Positions 20,301-31,000 of a stretch of DNA of 58,941 bases are shown here, piece by piece; within the stretch, counting starts at the first letter, position 1, and every line of letters starts with the position of its first letter. The notes beneath the pieces were generated by a model. It was not told where the DNA came from, did not search any database, and saw only the letters and a program-made list of their open reading frames with translations. This stretch comes from a virus (taxonomy: Duplodnaviria > Caudoviricetes): positions 1-58,941 of IMG/VR virus record IMGVR_UViG_3300025276_000037. The stretch is one strand, 5' to 3'. The position numbers and the translations under genes were made by a program.

Positions 20301-20827
20301 TTACGTTCTGCTTCTGATACACCTGCTTCGCGGGCACGTTCACTCGCTTCGCCGACTTGCGTAGCTACACCAGCGGCGCTACCTGCGGCAATTGCACCTG
20401 CGGGGCCAGCGACTGCACCACCTACTAACGTAGCTGCACCTGTACCAAGAATAGAGCCAAGCCCTGAACCTACGTTGTAGGTAATAGAATCTTTGTCTCC
20501 ACCTTCGGGGGTAAACTTATCTGCTACGGACTGTATCTTCTCACGTGCTTTAAGCTCGGCCTCTTCTTCAAGGACAGTAGATAAGCCTAGGGCAGCAGAC
20601 TCAATAGTCCCAACAGCACCTGCGCCAAAACCTTTAGCTAAGTTGCTTAAAGCCCCAGATTCTTCTGGCCCCGCCCCCATACCTAAGCGAATCTTATACT
20701 CTTCAACAGAGGTTCTAGGCGCTCCGTCTAGCTCAAACAATGCTACTCGTAACATGTCTGAAGAGCGTTTATCCCCTTGTCGGTCTGATACTTCTAAGGC
20801 CGCTTCAATATCCGCTCTACTTGCCAT
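14315..20827 (-). CDS. Large polyvalent internal virion/ejection protein with zincin metallopeptidase and PLxRFG-like regions
   Basis: 2170 aa; G/A-rich hydrophobic N-terminal region, LLHEMSHA + EFVAEAFSNP, YFPLLREGNF, helical C-terminus; last gene of the late arm. Confidence 0.75.
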   Translation of the reverse strand: MASRADIEAALEVSDRQGDKRSSDMLRVALFELDGAPRTSVEEYKIRLGMGAGPEESGALSNLAKGFGAGAVGTIESAALGLSTVLEEEAELKAREKIQSVADKFTPEGGDKDSITYNVGSGLGSILGTGAATLVGGAVAGPAGAIAAGSAAGVATQVGEASERAREAGVSEAERNRAITNPMIIGAGLLETIPYLKAVGKFSAPTAEKLSKMLGGDKELKGLLDRARSAGTTGGVEALQELAQNTAQNLVEQGYNPDRELTEGAAASAGYGGATGAIYQLLIDVLPGRRRGATPQRDETGPESEADVQDVQEEISEADIEREQGDLFGEDGQGELFPQTSLDRRNAAARREDEASGKITSTDARLKDEAETREIEGMFAEDERAKKQVDIDEVIDKDKKDEAQTKEIEALLAEDVEKDATETKEVEALLAEDAGVAAEATAEEALKELPATDRRVQEGREKKAAETRKGILDETLSDVKINDYADPVKGLTAKFTRAAKAKGITAVEPTQAETSAIQREVSTLQKLQQTSGDPLATGGTKRGATNATGTTRDRASVQSDTAGVGGKKQNIQAPAGTATPRTGRLESAGIGPDGTTVGAETKQPTLANAVAKAKARFKGAPKAVELGNPVEITSPVGTNVVAPGPATTTTTPKPATTKAKAKAKPKAKAKRKAKEVAPLSSAGARMEEIRTTGYVDEVPDSKNPVTDADRKAVKASENKKVATYFGNAPDPVDGILNAVSDIVLGTVATQVDKSDSLDPDVRAQLKNRNAGNATEALAEVKKIVSPEVGKFIDKKLAEKRKEIKEKPPTTKDKADDLTEERRRSRQRTVAKKEALEDVLDQAQFGKAEKELLKQLNEGAEKGKGQKTVAAREVVKYMQMTDRFKKFATLPPKPKKNKVQKEVDEVVATLEEIEVYDEMNSFTEEEIGLDLNIDGLPYIGKDIEALGIDLSPEILTLLRSGKLKEALERVVELPNMSPRAKSIAREFSNKVGDAKVFVADGRVRNPTYKYFKAMQKVAAEKYDGDKVLGLFVNKDGIDNTIILDPEGLTVHTLLHEMSHAVTVATLKNKGHPVTKQLTALYEQVKDQLPTAYGSENLLEFVAEAFSNPSFQSDLAKIYTKKDLTLSAWQRFANAVKRLLDSILGRSTSAVYGNNALTQADALIVKILRPPVDGRGDGVTLAHMSTKEGVQETMSNMDKIQKAFKPMTKADGSRFGDSAVDFITGSPRKMGSYLLELAPMLAMVDIATSANAKLGKMAKGLHDAFLKQRAAIRESDNDLNAIKGEFAKWADKQSEEVITRFNDVVFSSTTKQIDVAEKKASDYTGDDLIEFNRLKKEWDALGPDGQKVYNDMRQAYRNQFVRLKEAIFGDIDKASTDAKSAGQVKNLLTKRLFEKTELGVYFPLLREGNFKLVYELKADRKSERDQAQVEMFTTNAHMQRRIKELENDPEVVQEKVFTYETGKGSISATGVVPPTAFVNTILTQLDAAGVDKEVSANILELYIDSLPESAFAKSIRKRKNREGYIPDALYTFNRKAYDMGRQIARLSNTSNLIALQSEMNEFAKLEESAMQEDPKRKGKVNAFSDIVNQLNMRANYARNPKTEYQTQAQAANRFAFMYTIGFNASSAIVNGSQIPLFVMPYLSAEYGIGNTGRAIKDSGKLITASSSVLTKDGKKLGKSLKRKINRKDDVTEDVEFEGKASLENYFIARYDKATNSHVYDLRDDIEFPNAEVKAMVESIQPLVQAAADANQLDQSVIGSEINVDQSGQQRSLSDRATRMGAWGFHNMENYNRQVTLATTYLLALRKLETDKGRSATIEEKQALSDKALTKTQELNGGSVKETGARLAQTDLGSVALMYKNFGLTMYYNMFKSAYVAYSDPAQRKVAIKQLAGVHLTSLFFAGVQGIPLYGAVKLVANMFMDDEEEDWDSYVRRNIGEGWYKGAITKYSGADVSKRVSLGQLLIQTNRYNPEASPEEEIFFYLGGPAWSTFAGFARGVTDLGRGNLERGMEGMLPAAFRNGWRGLVRYNREGALTRRGDVIYDDFSVGELAGQVLGFAPRDYAFNQEQNMMSKGIERSIADKRSDLLSKYYTAARKGDWPRVREIGEDMSDFNNRHASTYGKKVFISGKTIKNSMKRHQEQSLRMNNGVSLNPALRDGLETQRAEWDKGWQLY

Positions 20828-20836
20828 AAATACTCT

Positions 20837-22909
20837 CTACTGTTTTGTTTGATTTTTATCGGCGACTATGCCGTTCACAACCGGACTGTCACTGTAGGGG
20901 CCGCCGCTAAGGTTTGTTGGGTTTACTCCCCCTAACTCGTTTAATTTAGCAAGTATACCTGCATACCCAGCTATAACACCATCTGCCGCTGCATCTCTTA
21001 AAGCTATCATTGCTGACGTATCCTTCCCTTGCTGCTGCAACATCATTATCGAATCCTCGTAGGCGGCAAATACTGCTTCCTTAGCTTTAAGAATGTTTGC
21101 TTGAGCGGTAACGATAAGGGATAACACGTCTTTTCTTTGGGTGGCACTAGCCTTGCCTGCCACAGTTAGTTTATCCATTTCCGCTTGGGCTTCCGCTAGG
21201 TTGGCCTCCATCTTTCTAGCTATGGTCTTATCTTTTCGGTCAAGGTCTTCTCGTGCTGCTAACATGTCTTGTTGTGATGCATTACTAAAGCCCGCCACAG
21301 CCGCATTTAGTATTGAAGTTCCATTCTTACCTACGTTATCGTACATGCTCATACCTTTATCAGCTATTAGGCGATCCTGCTCTCTACCTTTCTGGCCTAA
21401 CGATTCAAGCCCAAGCATCTGTCCTTCTCTAGCTTTGGATTGCGCGTTTCTTACTTGCATTTGGGCTTGTATTCCCGAAGCAGCGCCGCCTTTACCCCTA
21501 CCTACATACGCAGCGAAGGCTTCGTCTTGCCTCGCTTTATCTGCTTTCGGGTCGTATTCCCCGTAAAAGTCCTGACGTGTTTGCCTATCGCGTGCGAAGG
21601 CCGCTTCTGTCGCATCTCTTTTATAGTACTTATCAGAGTCTGCACGCGCAGCTTCTTGTTCGGTTTTAAATGGTTGAGGGTTAACTTTACCATCTTCTTT
21701 AAGGGCACCAAGCCCTTGTAAGTTTTCCTGTGTTTGGTCTTGTGCTACCGAACCTAGGGCTAGCGGCCCAGCAGATTCACTTGCGTTAGCTTTTGCGGCA
21801 CCTAAAGCTGCATCGACCTTAGCGTAAGGGTCAACAGGGGGTTGTTGTTGAGCGGCAATACCAGCGGCATCGTCAGCGGCAGCGGCGTCGTCAGCGGCAA
21901 ACTGAGCATCCTCTAAGCCAAACTGAACGTCTTCATCAGCCATTGCCTTTTCTAATCTAGCATCGTTTTCCTGGTTTTCCTGTTTAGCGACACGTTCTTC
22001 TTGTGTCATGTACCGCTTACCGCCACCTTCCTTATCGACTAGTGGCCCAGAACCGTAGTTTGTAAACGCATCAATGGCAGTACCCGCAGTACGAGCATTT
22101 GGGTCTACATTTTTAGCGCGGAGTTTTTCGTTTATTGCCGCGTTATCTGCCGAGGGTATTCGGGGTCTGCCATATAGGTCTTCTGCCCCAGCGGCAAAAC
22201 CATCAAAACCATACTTAGTCTTTAAGAAGTCTACTATTACGCTATTGTTCTTAGAAGCCGCCGCCATAGCTTGCATAACTTGTTGGCTTAACTTACCACC
22301 CTGTGATTCCGCATACTTTTCTATTTGAGCGATATTACCTTTCGCAGAGAACCTATCCGCAGCTACATCACCACCTTTAGCAAACTGCGCACGCATAAGT
22401 CCACCGGCAGCCGCAGCTACCCCACCCTGCATAGGATTACCTTGTGGCATACCTTGTGGCATACCTTGTGGCATTGGTCGGCCTTGTGGCGTTGGTCGGC
22501 CTTGTGGTGCTCCGCCTAGCAGATTACCGATACCAGCTCCTTGTGGCTTAGTAGCCTGAGCAAGCATTTTCTGTTGGGCTTTCTGTTGCTTCTGTTGCTT
22601 CTGTTGTAGCACATCCCCAACTTGGCCAGTAACCTCGTTCTTAGTAAGAGCAGTTGCTTTCTCTTCTAGCTGGTCAACAATAGTCTTAGGGTTCTGCTGC
22701 TGCGCCAGCATCATCTGGTTCTTAGCAGCTTCTTTTTCACTAGTGATTTTTTGTAACGCTAGAGCGTCAATTAAGTCACTAGGGATATTTCCCATGCTAG
22801 GTTGTTTACCCATAGCCTGTTGGAGTTTGCCGGGATTACCCGCGTAAACACCTGCGGTTTTATCCACTGTGTCTAACATTCCTGCTATGCCGTTACCTGT
22901 GTATGCCAT
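20837..22909 (-). CDS. Internal virion/ejection protein
   Basis: 690 aa, Q/A-rich and helical, PQG repeats, AAAGGLM and FAKGGDV motifs; ejection-module position. Confidence 0.65.
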   Translation of the reverse strand: MAYTGNGIAGMLDTVDKTAGVYAGNPGKLQQAMGKQPSMGNIPSDLIDALALQKITSEKEAAKNQMMLAQQQNPKTIVDQLEEKATALTKNEVTGQVGDVLQQKQQKQQKAQQKMLAQATKPQGAGIGNLLGGAPQGRPTPQGRPMPQGMPQGMPQGNPMQGGVAAAAGGLMRAQFAKGGDVAADRFSAKGNIAQIEKYAESQGGKLSQQVMQAMAAASKNNSVIVDFLKTKYGFDGFAAGAEDLYGRPRIPSADNAAINEKLRAKNVDPNARTAGTAIDAFTNYGSGPLVDKEGGGKRYMTQEERVAKQENQENDARLEKAMADEDVQFGLEDAQFAADDAAAADDAAGIAAQQQPPVDPYAKVDAALGAAKANASESAGPLALGSVAQDQTQENLQGLGALKEDGKVNPQPFKTEQEAARADSDKYYKRDATEAAFARDRQTRQDFYGEYDPKADKARQDEAFAAYVGRGKGGAASGIQAQMQVRNAQSKAREGQMLGLESLGQKGREQDRLIADKGMSMYDNVGKNGTSILNAAVAGFSNASQQDMLAAREDLDRKDKTIARKMEANLAEAQAEMDKLTVAGKASATQRKDVLSLIVTAQANILKAKEAVFAAYEDSIMMLQQQGKDTSAMIALRDAAADGVIAGYAGILAKLNELGGVNPTNLSGGPYSDSPVVNGIVADKNQTKQ
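22436..22510. repeat. PQG-coding short tandem repeats (12- and 18-bp units)
   Basis: CCTTGTGG recurs 5 times; encodes APQGRPTPQGRPMPQGMPQGMPQG. Confidence 0.85.
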
Positions 22910-22935
22910 TGGGCTGCCCTATGTATTAGTTGTAT

Positions 22936-25029
22936 TTACGCTACGTTATCGAGATTAGTGTTTTGGTTAGCCGATGTATCACCTGCATCCGGCTCTGTTT
23001 GGTCATCGGGGGCAAATTGATTTTTCCAGAAATCCGTGATTTTATCCGCCCCGTATGTAGTACCAGCGTCAATCAGTCCGGTAAGCACATCAGCGGGGCC
23101 ACCTGTACCACCAAGTTTTTGGTACATACTGACAATATCCGCGTAGTCACTAGGCTGAGAATAATTATAATTCTGTGCTTCCACAGGTAAGCCTTGTAGT
23201 AACGAGCTAATATACTGGTTAGCGTTCCAATCAAAGTCACGCTCTTCTTCAAACTGATCTTTCGCCGCAGCTACAGACTCGGAGTAAATGTCACGCTCTG
23301 TCGCACCTAGGTCAGACTGTCGCTGTAAGGCATCTAAACCGAACTGGCGATCTTCCCCGAAAGACTTCTGTGCGTTACCAAACGCTGTGTTGTACCCTTG
23401 TGCAGTAATATCAGCCTGCTGCCGCGCCGAATCTCGTTGGAGCATAGCATTCATAATAGCGTTTCGAGAGCCGCCGAATGACCCCGACTGCGCTGCACGT
23501 ACGTTCTGTTCAGCCATCTGCCTATCAGCTTCTTCTTGTGCTACACGTAGCTGTGGGTCAAGAGAGCCTTGGAGGTAAGGATTCATATAGGCGTCTCTAC
23601 CTGCTTGGTCTAAAGCCCCAAACGAGCCTAGCCCTGAGCCAGAGGTATCTATGTTAGCGCCAGCGTCAAACGCGGCTTGTTGGTTGCCGGCAATACCGGC
23701 GGTTAACGGGCCGGTATAGGCTTGGTAGCCATCATCTACTAGGGCTTCGCCTCTACCAATCATGCCAGTAACAGTATCACCTACCCAGTTGGATAGAGAT
23801 GATTCCGCGCCTGTCTGCTTACCTAGCCCAGAATTATCGGTAACATTGATTTTTGGATCAACCCCCTGAGTAGCGTTACCCGTATCAACAACAGGATCGT
23901 CAGAATTAGCAGGAGCAGGATCAGCAGGAGCAGGATCAGCAGTGTTTCCATCACCGGTATTCATCTGCTGGACGTTAATAGGCTCGGCAGTTAAACCACC
24001 CTCTACAAACTTTTTGACTGCGCCGCCATGCGCATATGCGTTAGCTATACCACCTTGGGCCAGAACTTTCTTAGCGTCAATTTGTTCGCCTTGTTTTGGG
24101 TTACCCGTGCGTGTTTCGCGTACATTAGACATCATATCGTCTAACACCTTAGCACCTGCGTTAGAGCTACCGTTACCTAAGTGGCTTACAACATCCGCAG
24201 GAATAACAAACTCACCGTCACTCAAGGCAGCGGGTTGTACTCCATCTATATTAGAAGGTACTTTGTCAGCCATACCGTCTGTCATACCGTTTAGATAACG
24301 ACCACCAGCTAACTGCTGTACTCCGCCGCCCATGTTAAAGTTGGCGGAATCTTCTTCTTTTTTAGCATAAGGGGAAGCAGCTATACCGCCCATGTTGTAC
24401 TTGCTAACCTTACCACCGGCAGCCATATAGGGGCTGTAGCCCTCAGAAAACCCTCTAGCTTGGTTTGCTGCGATACCCGAAGCTACGTCTTGGTTAGAGT
24501 AGTCTTGAGCCATATTTTCTATAGCCCGACCCTCGTCCGTGTAGTTATTACCGTACACTTGGGGGTTTTCACCGGCGGTAGATAAGTACCCTTCTTCGGT
24601 GTAAGTCAGATTCTCGTCTTGGTCTTCTTTAGCTATTTGCCCACCTTCATAGTCTATGGTGGGTTTCGTGTATATGGTTGTATCGTCTTCGTACAATGTT
24701 TGGGGAGTAGACTCAATACCACTATCCCCACCTGCGTCTCTAAGATACCGAGTGTCAGAAAAGTAGCGTCTACCCATTGCGCCGGGCCTAACAGCACCAC
24801 GATTTTGCGCATCGGTATAGTTAACCCGCTCCATAATTTTTTTATAGTCGGGCACAGACCCTTGGTATCCTGAACGCTTAATCTCTTCGTCAGTAAACCC
24901 AGACTTGTTTATAAAGTACGAAGCGGCCAGAGCTTTAGCGTCTGAGCCTTGTTCTGACTTTAACCAGCCCCCTACTTTTTCTTTCGTAGTATCCCACCAA
25001 CTTACGTCAGTTGTATCTGTTTCGGCCAT
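22936..25029 (-). CDS. Internal virion / DNA transfer protein with GG motifs and LSDGEFV domain
   Basis: 697 aa; DGMAD.VP...AALSDGEFVIPADVV domain; C-terminal half with AYTGPLTA, YMNPY, FGGSR as in phage DNA-transfer proteins. Confidence 0.7.
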   Translation of the reverse strand: MAETDTTDVSWWDTTKEKVGGWLKSEQGSDAKALAASYFINKSGFTDEEIKRSGYQGSVPDYKKIMERVNYTDAQNRGAVRPGAMGRRYFSDTRYLRDAGGDSGIESTPQTLYEDDTTIYTKPTIDYEGGQIAKEDQDENLTYTEEGYLSTAGENPQVYGNNYTDEGRAIENMAQDYSNQDVASGIAANQARGFSEGYSPYMAAGGKVSKYNMGGIAASPYAKKEEDSANFNMGGGVQQLAGGRYLNGMTDGMADKVPSNIDGVQPAALSDGEFVIPADVVSHLGNGSSNAGAKVLDDMMSNVRETRTGNPKQGEQIDAKKVLAQGGIANAYAHGGAVKKFVEGGLTAEPINVQQMNTGDGNTADPAPADPAPANSDDPVVDTGNATQGVDPKINVTDNSGLGKQTGAESSLSNWVGDTVTGMIGRGEALVDDGYQAYTGPLTAGIAGNQQAAFDAGANIDTSGSGLGSFGALDQAGRDAYMNPYLQGSLDPQLRVAQEEADRQMAEQNVRAAQSGSFGGSRNAIMNAMLQRDSARQQADITAQGYNTAFGNAQKSFGEDRQFGLDALQRQSDLGATERDIYSESVAAAKDQFEEERDFDWNANQYISSLLQGLPVEAQNYNYSQPSDYADIVSMYQKLGGTGGPADVLTGLIDAGTTYGADKITDFWKNQFAPDDQTEPDAGDTSANQNTNLDNVA

Positions 25030-25031
25030 GG

Positions 25032-28000
25032 TTATATACCTAGTAGTTTCATTAATTCGTCGGTTTCATCCTCAATCAGACCGCCTTCGGCAGCGGCTCT
25101 AAGAGGAAGTTGTTGTGTTGCTGCCATTTCATCCTGTTTCGCTCTAGCGTAAGGACTTTGGTACAGCCCCCGTTGCTTATCAGTAGCAAAAGGACTATCG
25201 CCATATACATCGTACATATACTCAATGTTCGCAAGCTCTTGAGGAGTTTCTACACTAACTTGGCTCATAGCCTGCACTTGCTGCATTAGGTCACCGTATT
25301 CCTCTTTTTCAGCGTTTGCTCTATCGAGGGCTATCTGGGTATTTATGTCCGTTTGTATCTGGGTATTTATGTCGTTCTGCGTATCAAGGTCTTGTTGTCG
25401 CTTACGTTCCGCTTCTATGGCAGCTTGTTCTTGTGTGTAAGTATTTTGGTCGAATATATCATAAAAACCAGTGGTAGCAAACAGTGAATCCGTAGCTAAT
25501 TCACCTCCGTAAGTACCATAGTCCCCAGTTTGCACCGCAGTCAATAGGTCTATATCTGTCTGGTCTATAACCCCATCTGCGTTTACATCGTACTTTATCT
25601 CATTCTCAGCGTAGTTAGGGGCGTCTTCCCAAGGAACTGCATTGTAATTATCAATTATGCCGGTAACGGCGATAATATCATCCTCGGTAACTTCTGTACC
25701 TCTTTTACCTACTACAGCGCCGATTGCGTCCAACTCTGTCGAATCTACTGTGTCCATGTCCCCTATGTAGCCATAGATCGCATCGATAGCGAGCGTCACC
25801 TCGTCATTGATACCTTCTCCTGACTGAGCGTATAAGCCTGTCGCAGGGGAGGACTCATCAATATCTGGTGTAGATAGGTCGTCTTCTACCGCAGCGTTAC
25901 CTATTATTTCTTGGAGCGCAGTTATGGCTTCATCTGAAGACCCACCATTAGCAGCTAAGTCGTCTATTAAATCGTATAAGTCAGCTAGCTTACCTTCGTT
26001 TGTACTAACACGAGTGGTTAGCGCGTCTAAACTTGATCCAAGGCCAGATAAATCGTCAGCGTTAGTGTCAATCTGATCTTGTAAAGCCTCTACACTTATA
26101 CCCAGTGCATCCGCTGCTGCTAGCATAGCATCGGATTTAGCCTGCGCTGTATCTACACCAAACGCATCTATAGCATCGGCTAGTGCTTGTTGTAGAGCTG
26201 CTATCTCATCTTCGTTAAGCCCTACACGAGAGGTTAACCCATCTACATTTAGGCCAAGGCTAGATAAATTGTCAGCGTTAGTGTCAATCTGATCTTGTAA
26301 AGCCTCTACACTTATACCCAGTGTATTCGCCGCTGATTGTATAGCATCGGCTTTAGCCTGCGCTGTATCTACACCAAACGCATCTATAGCATCGGCTAGT
26401 GCTTGTTGTAGAGCTGCTATCTCATCTTCGTTAAGCCCTACACGAGAGGTTAACCCATCTACATTTAGGCCAAGGCTAGATAAATTGTCAGCGTTAGTGT
26501 CAATCTGATCTTGTAAAGCCTCTACACTTATACCCAGTGTATTCGCCGCTGATTGTATAGCATCGGCTTTAGCCTGCGCTGTATCTACACCAAACGCATC
26601 TATAGCATCGGCTAGTGCTTGTTGTAGAGCTGCTATCTCATCTTCGTTAAGCCCTACACGAGAGGTTAACCCATCTACATTTAGGCCAAGGCTAGACAAG
26701 GCATCGCTGTTGTCCCCAATTAACTTCTCTAATGCCTCTTTAGTAAGCCCTAACGCAGTGGCAGCGTCTTCCTTAGCCTGAGCTATGTCTCCAGCGTTCT
26801 CCCCTATGGCAAGGTCTAACGCAGCCTTTAAGTTGGAGATTTGCGTATCCGTATAGAGGTTAGCTGTGGTAAGCGTAGTCTGTAGGTCGGCAGTAAACTT
26901 ACTAGTATTAGCGGTAATTAAGCCTCGGAGCGTGCTGTCTGTAAGCCCTAAATCGCTAGCAACTTTGCTTATAGCTTGGTCTATAGACCCGCCACCAGCT
27001 AACGCACCTGTTAACTTAGCCTCTAAAGAAGTTACAGTCTCTGCAAGCCCTGAAACTTCCCCAACTAAAGTGTCGTAGTTAGCCTGTTGAGCCGCATCTA
27101 CTGCGCCTTGCAAGTCACCTTGAGGGTTGAGCCCCATAAACTGATCTATTTCAGCTTGGGTAGGAGTGTACCCACCATACGCAGCTTTTACCTCGGCCTC
27201 TGTGACAGTAGCAGCGTCTACTCTGCTGGCTAAATCGGCGGGGGTGTACTGGCCCGCTAATCCAAGACCTAATAGCTGGTCGTCAGTTATTACGTACTCA
27301 CCATTATTGTCTACTTCGTATGCGTCTACCCCTGCTATTTTATCTAGCTCAACCCGGGCATCTTCCGCTACTACGTAGTTGTTCCCTACGTGAGTTTGTA
27401 CTAGACCCGCTAACGTGCTGTCGTCTATAACTCCTGTAGGTATGCCCGCATTAGCAGGGTCAAAATAGGCGTACTTACCAAACTCAGCGTTTACCTCCTC
27501 CTGCGTGGTTATGTATTGGTCTATTAACGGGTCTTCTACGTTATCGACTAACGCACCCTGCATGGCGGGAGTGCCTGCCGCGCCTTTGTTTACCGTTAAA
27601 GCAGTGACTAGTGACGCGTACGCTGTCGTGTTAGATGGGGTTATACCCTGAGCTGCTAAAGCATCTTTTGCTTGTTGCGTAGTAAACTGCCTGTCAGCTA
27701 TCCACGCGTCACGTCCGGCGGAGTCTAAATTCTCAACTGCGGCTATATCGGCGTTGCTAGCTGCCGTCCACCCTTTGCCAAGTAAGTCTGTAGCAACTTG
27801 TTTCTGTGCGGTAGTCCTAGTAGCGTTCTGGAACGAGGAGGTTATAGTGTTTAGCCCCGTCCTGTCGTTCCAATCAATAGAGCTAGAGTCAAAGTTATTT
27901 ATATCCGATTGGTCATACCCTTTGCTAAGTAGGTGGGCCTCAATGTCAGCTCTAGTAAGTACGTTATCCGTTATCTCTTTAGACAGCCCAGACTGGGCAA

Positions 28001-31000
28001 CATTCTTACCTTGAGTAAACCCTGCGGCGAGTAATTCACTATCTGTATACCCTGTTTTTGGGTCACCATTTGCGTTGTAAAGAGTGCTTTCATTTACGCC
28101 TAACTCCGCCGCTAACCTAGCGCGAATCTCGTTGTAAGTAACTTCATTCTCGTTACGGTACGTCGCCGTTATGGACTCTGTGGTGTCTGCGTTAAACCCT
28201 AGCGACCCACCAAAAATATCCGAAGTGTTAGGAACCGCAAAGCCTTCGCCTTGTAAATAAGCATTTATTTCAGCTTCACTTACAGTAGCGTCATCTAAAC
28301 GGTCAGTTAGGCTGGGAGTAGTTGCTCCATTAGTATACGTGAAGCCATCTTGCCAATAGTTACCTGTGTACGCACTGAGGTCTAACCCCTCAGAAATTGC
28401 CTGCCCTACTGCCGCTGCATCTGCAAACCCGAAGTCCGTTGGGTTAGTAATCATAGCTGCCATTACTTCGTCTTGAGTAACAGTAGTCTCGTTGTAGAGG
28501 TCTAGTGCATCACCAGTTAAGTTGGCTATATCTTCGGGTAGTACTGTAGCTTCGTTACCCACACCAACTAGTCGGCTAGCTATATTACCACTAGGTATCC
28601 ACCCCTCGCCGTACCCAAGAACATCTCTAAAGTAAGCGTTAGCTTCGTCTCCAGTAACAGTGCCTTCTTCAAACGCAGTTCTTTGCTCACCGTCTGTGGC
28701 GTACGCGCCTGTTTTTACTAGGTCAAATGCTCCAGCGTATTTAGCTTCTAAGTCTTCTATAGACAAGCCTACATCTGCTGGGAACGCAGCGCGTAGATCG
28801 TCAGCTACTTCACTTCTGGTGTAGCGCCTAGCGTCTATGTCGCGTTGTATTGCTTGTTTTCTTTGGTCGGCGTTTAGCCCTTCAAACCCTGCTCTACCTC
28901 GTCCAGTGGAGAACCACGATATAAGTCCCGCACGCGCTGCTTCGGTATACGCTCCACCGTCTTGGGTAGCATCGTCCATTGCAGCTTCTATGTCGGCTCG
29001 CATTGACGCTACTGCTTCTGCTTCTACACGCTCTGCTTCTACACGTGCATCTCGTTGTGTTATGGTTTCATTAGCTGTTTGGTAACCAGATGTAGTTGTA
29101 CCTAGGTCAATGTCTAAACCTGTACCTGCAAACGCAAGTAATTCTTCGTTGGTCAAACCCGTAGTATCGTAGTCTAGTCCGTCTAAATACGACTTAACAT
29201 CGGCGGCGTTAGTTATATCGCCTTGTAGCTTAGTTTTACCCGCTGAATCAGCGTTTGCATCACCGTTTAACTGTACTATCTGGTCTAGGTAAGCACCGTA
29301 AATCTCTTCGTCTATATTGTTAGAACTTATACCTAATTCACGACCTAGGTCAGCTTTAGCCTCTGCACGTGTGTACTGCCTAGGGGCTAAGTATGTGTCT
29401 ACTCCACCTTTTATTCCTGTGTCAGGTTTGTTTTTCCCAGTAAACGCATCGTAGTTAAAGTCCTCTGGTACGGTAAACCCTTTAGCTTCTAAGGCAAGTT
29501 TAACCTCAGCTTCAGTAACGGTATTAGCGTCACGCCATGCTTTAGTAGCTGTATCTAAGTTTGCTTGCGGTTTCTTACCCGTATACTGTGAGTAATCAAA
29601 GCCTTCTGGTACAACAAAATCCTGATCTTCTAACGACTTCTTAACTTCAGCTTGAGTAACAGTATTGTCGTCTACGTATTGAGTTATACCTGTATTGTTG
29701 TTTAGGTAAGCGGTAATCTCTGCTTCGCTAGGGTTATAGTCACCAAACGCAGTTATAGTATCTTGTCGTTTTTTGGCCGCCGCTGCTTCTGCTTCTACAC
29801 GTGCATCTCGTTGCGTTATGGTTTCATTAGCTGCTTGGTAACCGGCTGTATCTGCATCAAGGTCAATGTCTAAACCTGTACCTGCAAACGCAAGTAAATC
29901 TTCGTTGGTCAAACCCGAAGTATCGTAGTCTAGTCCGTCTAGGTACGACTTAACATCGGCGGCGTTAGTTATTTGCTCCTGTACTTGTAAATCACCTTGC
30001 GTGTTAGTCCTAGCGCCGGTCATGTCTACCATACCGTCTAGGTAATTTTCGTACGTTACTAAGTCATCGGCAGTAAGTGCTCTACCTAACTCGGTAGCCA
30101 AAGCTGCTTCCGCATCACCACGTGTGTACTGTAGGGGAGATAGGTATTGATAAACTTCGGTAGCTAAATCAGTACTATCTTTATTCTTACCTGTGAACTG
30201 GGTAACGTCAAAGCCTTCAGGTATAACGTACCCTTGACCTTGTAAAGACGCTATAGCTTCAGCTTCGGTAGTGGTGTTGTCGCCGCGCCAACTTTGGGTA
30301 GCAGCGTCCAAACCCGATTCAGGTTTTTTGCCCGTAAACGCCGAGTAGTCAAAGTCAGCAGGTACGTTAAACCCTTGAATTGCTAACCTAGCCTTAACCT
30401 CAGCTTCGGTAATAGTGTTAGCCTCACGCCAATTCGCAGTTTTTGCGGGTAAGCCCGTCTGGTCATACTTACCAATAAACGGCGTGTAGTCAAAGTCAGC
30501 AGGTACAGTAAACCCTTCAGCTTCTAAAGCACTTTTAACCTCAGCTTCAGTAACAGTGTTAGCGTCGCGCCAACTCTTAGTGGCGTTGTTTAGCCCTGAT
30601 TCAGGCTTCTGCCCAATAAACGGCGTGTAGTCAAAGTTAGTAGGTACAGTAAACCCTTGATCTGTTAATGACTTCCTAACCTCAGCTTCGGTAATAGTGT
30701 TAGCGCCTGCGTAAGTTTTTGCAGTGGCCTCTAATCCTGAGTCAGCTTTGTTTTTACCAATAAACGGCGTGTAGTCAAAGTCAGCAGGTACAGTAAACCC
30801 TTCAGCTTCTAAAGCACTTTTAACCTCAGCTTCAGTAACAGTGTTAGCGTTGCGCCAACTCTTAGTGGCGTTGTTTATTCCTGAGTCAGCTTTGTTTTTA
30901 CCAATAAACGGCGTGTAGTCAAAGTTAGCAGGTACAGTAAACCCGGCAGCCTGTAACGCACTTTCAACCTCAGCTTCAGTAACAGTGTTAGCGTCGCGCC

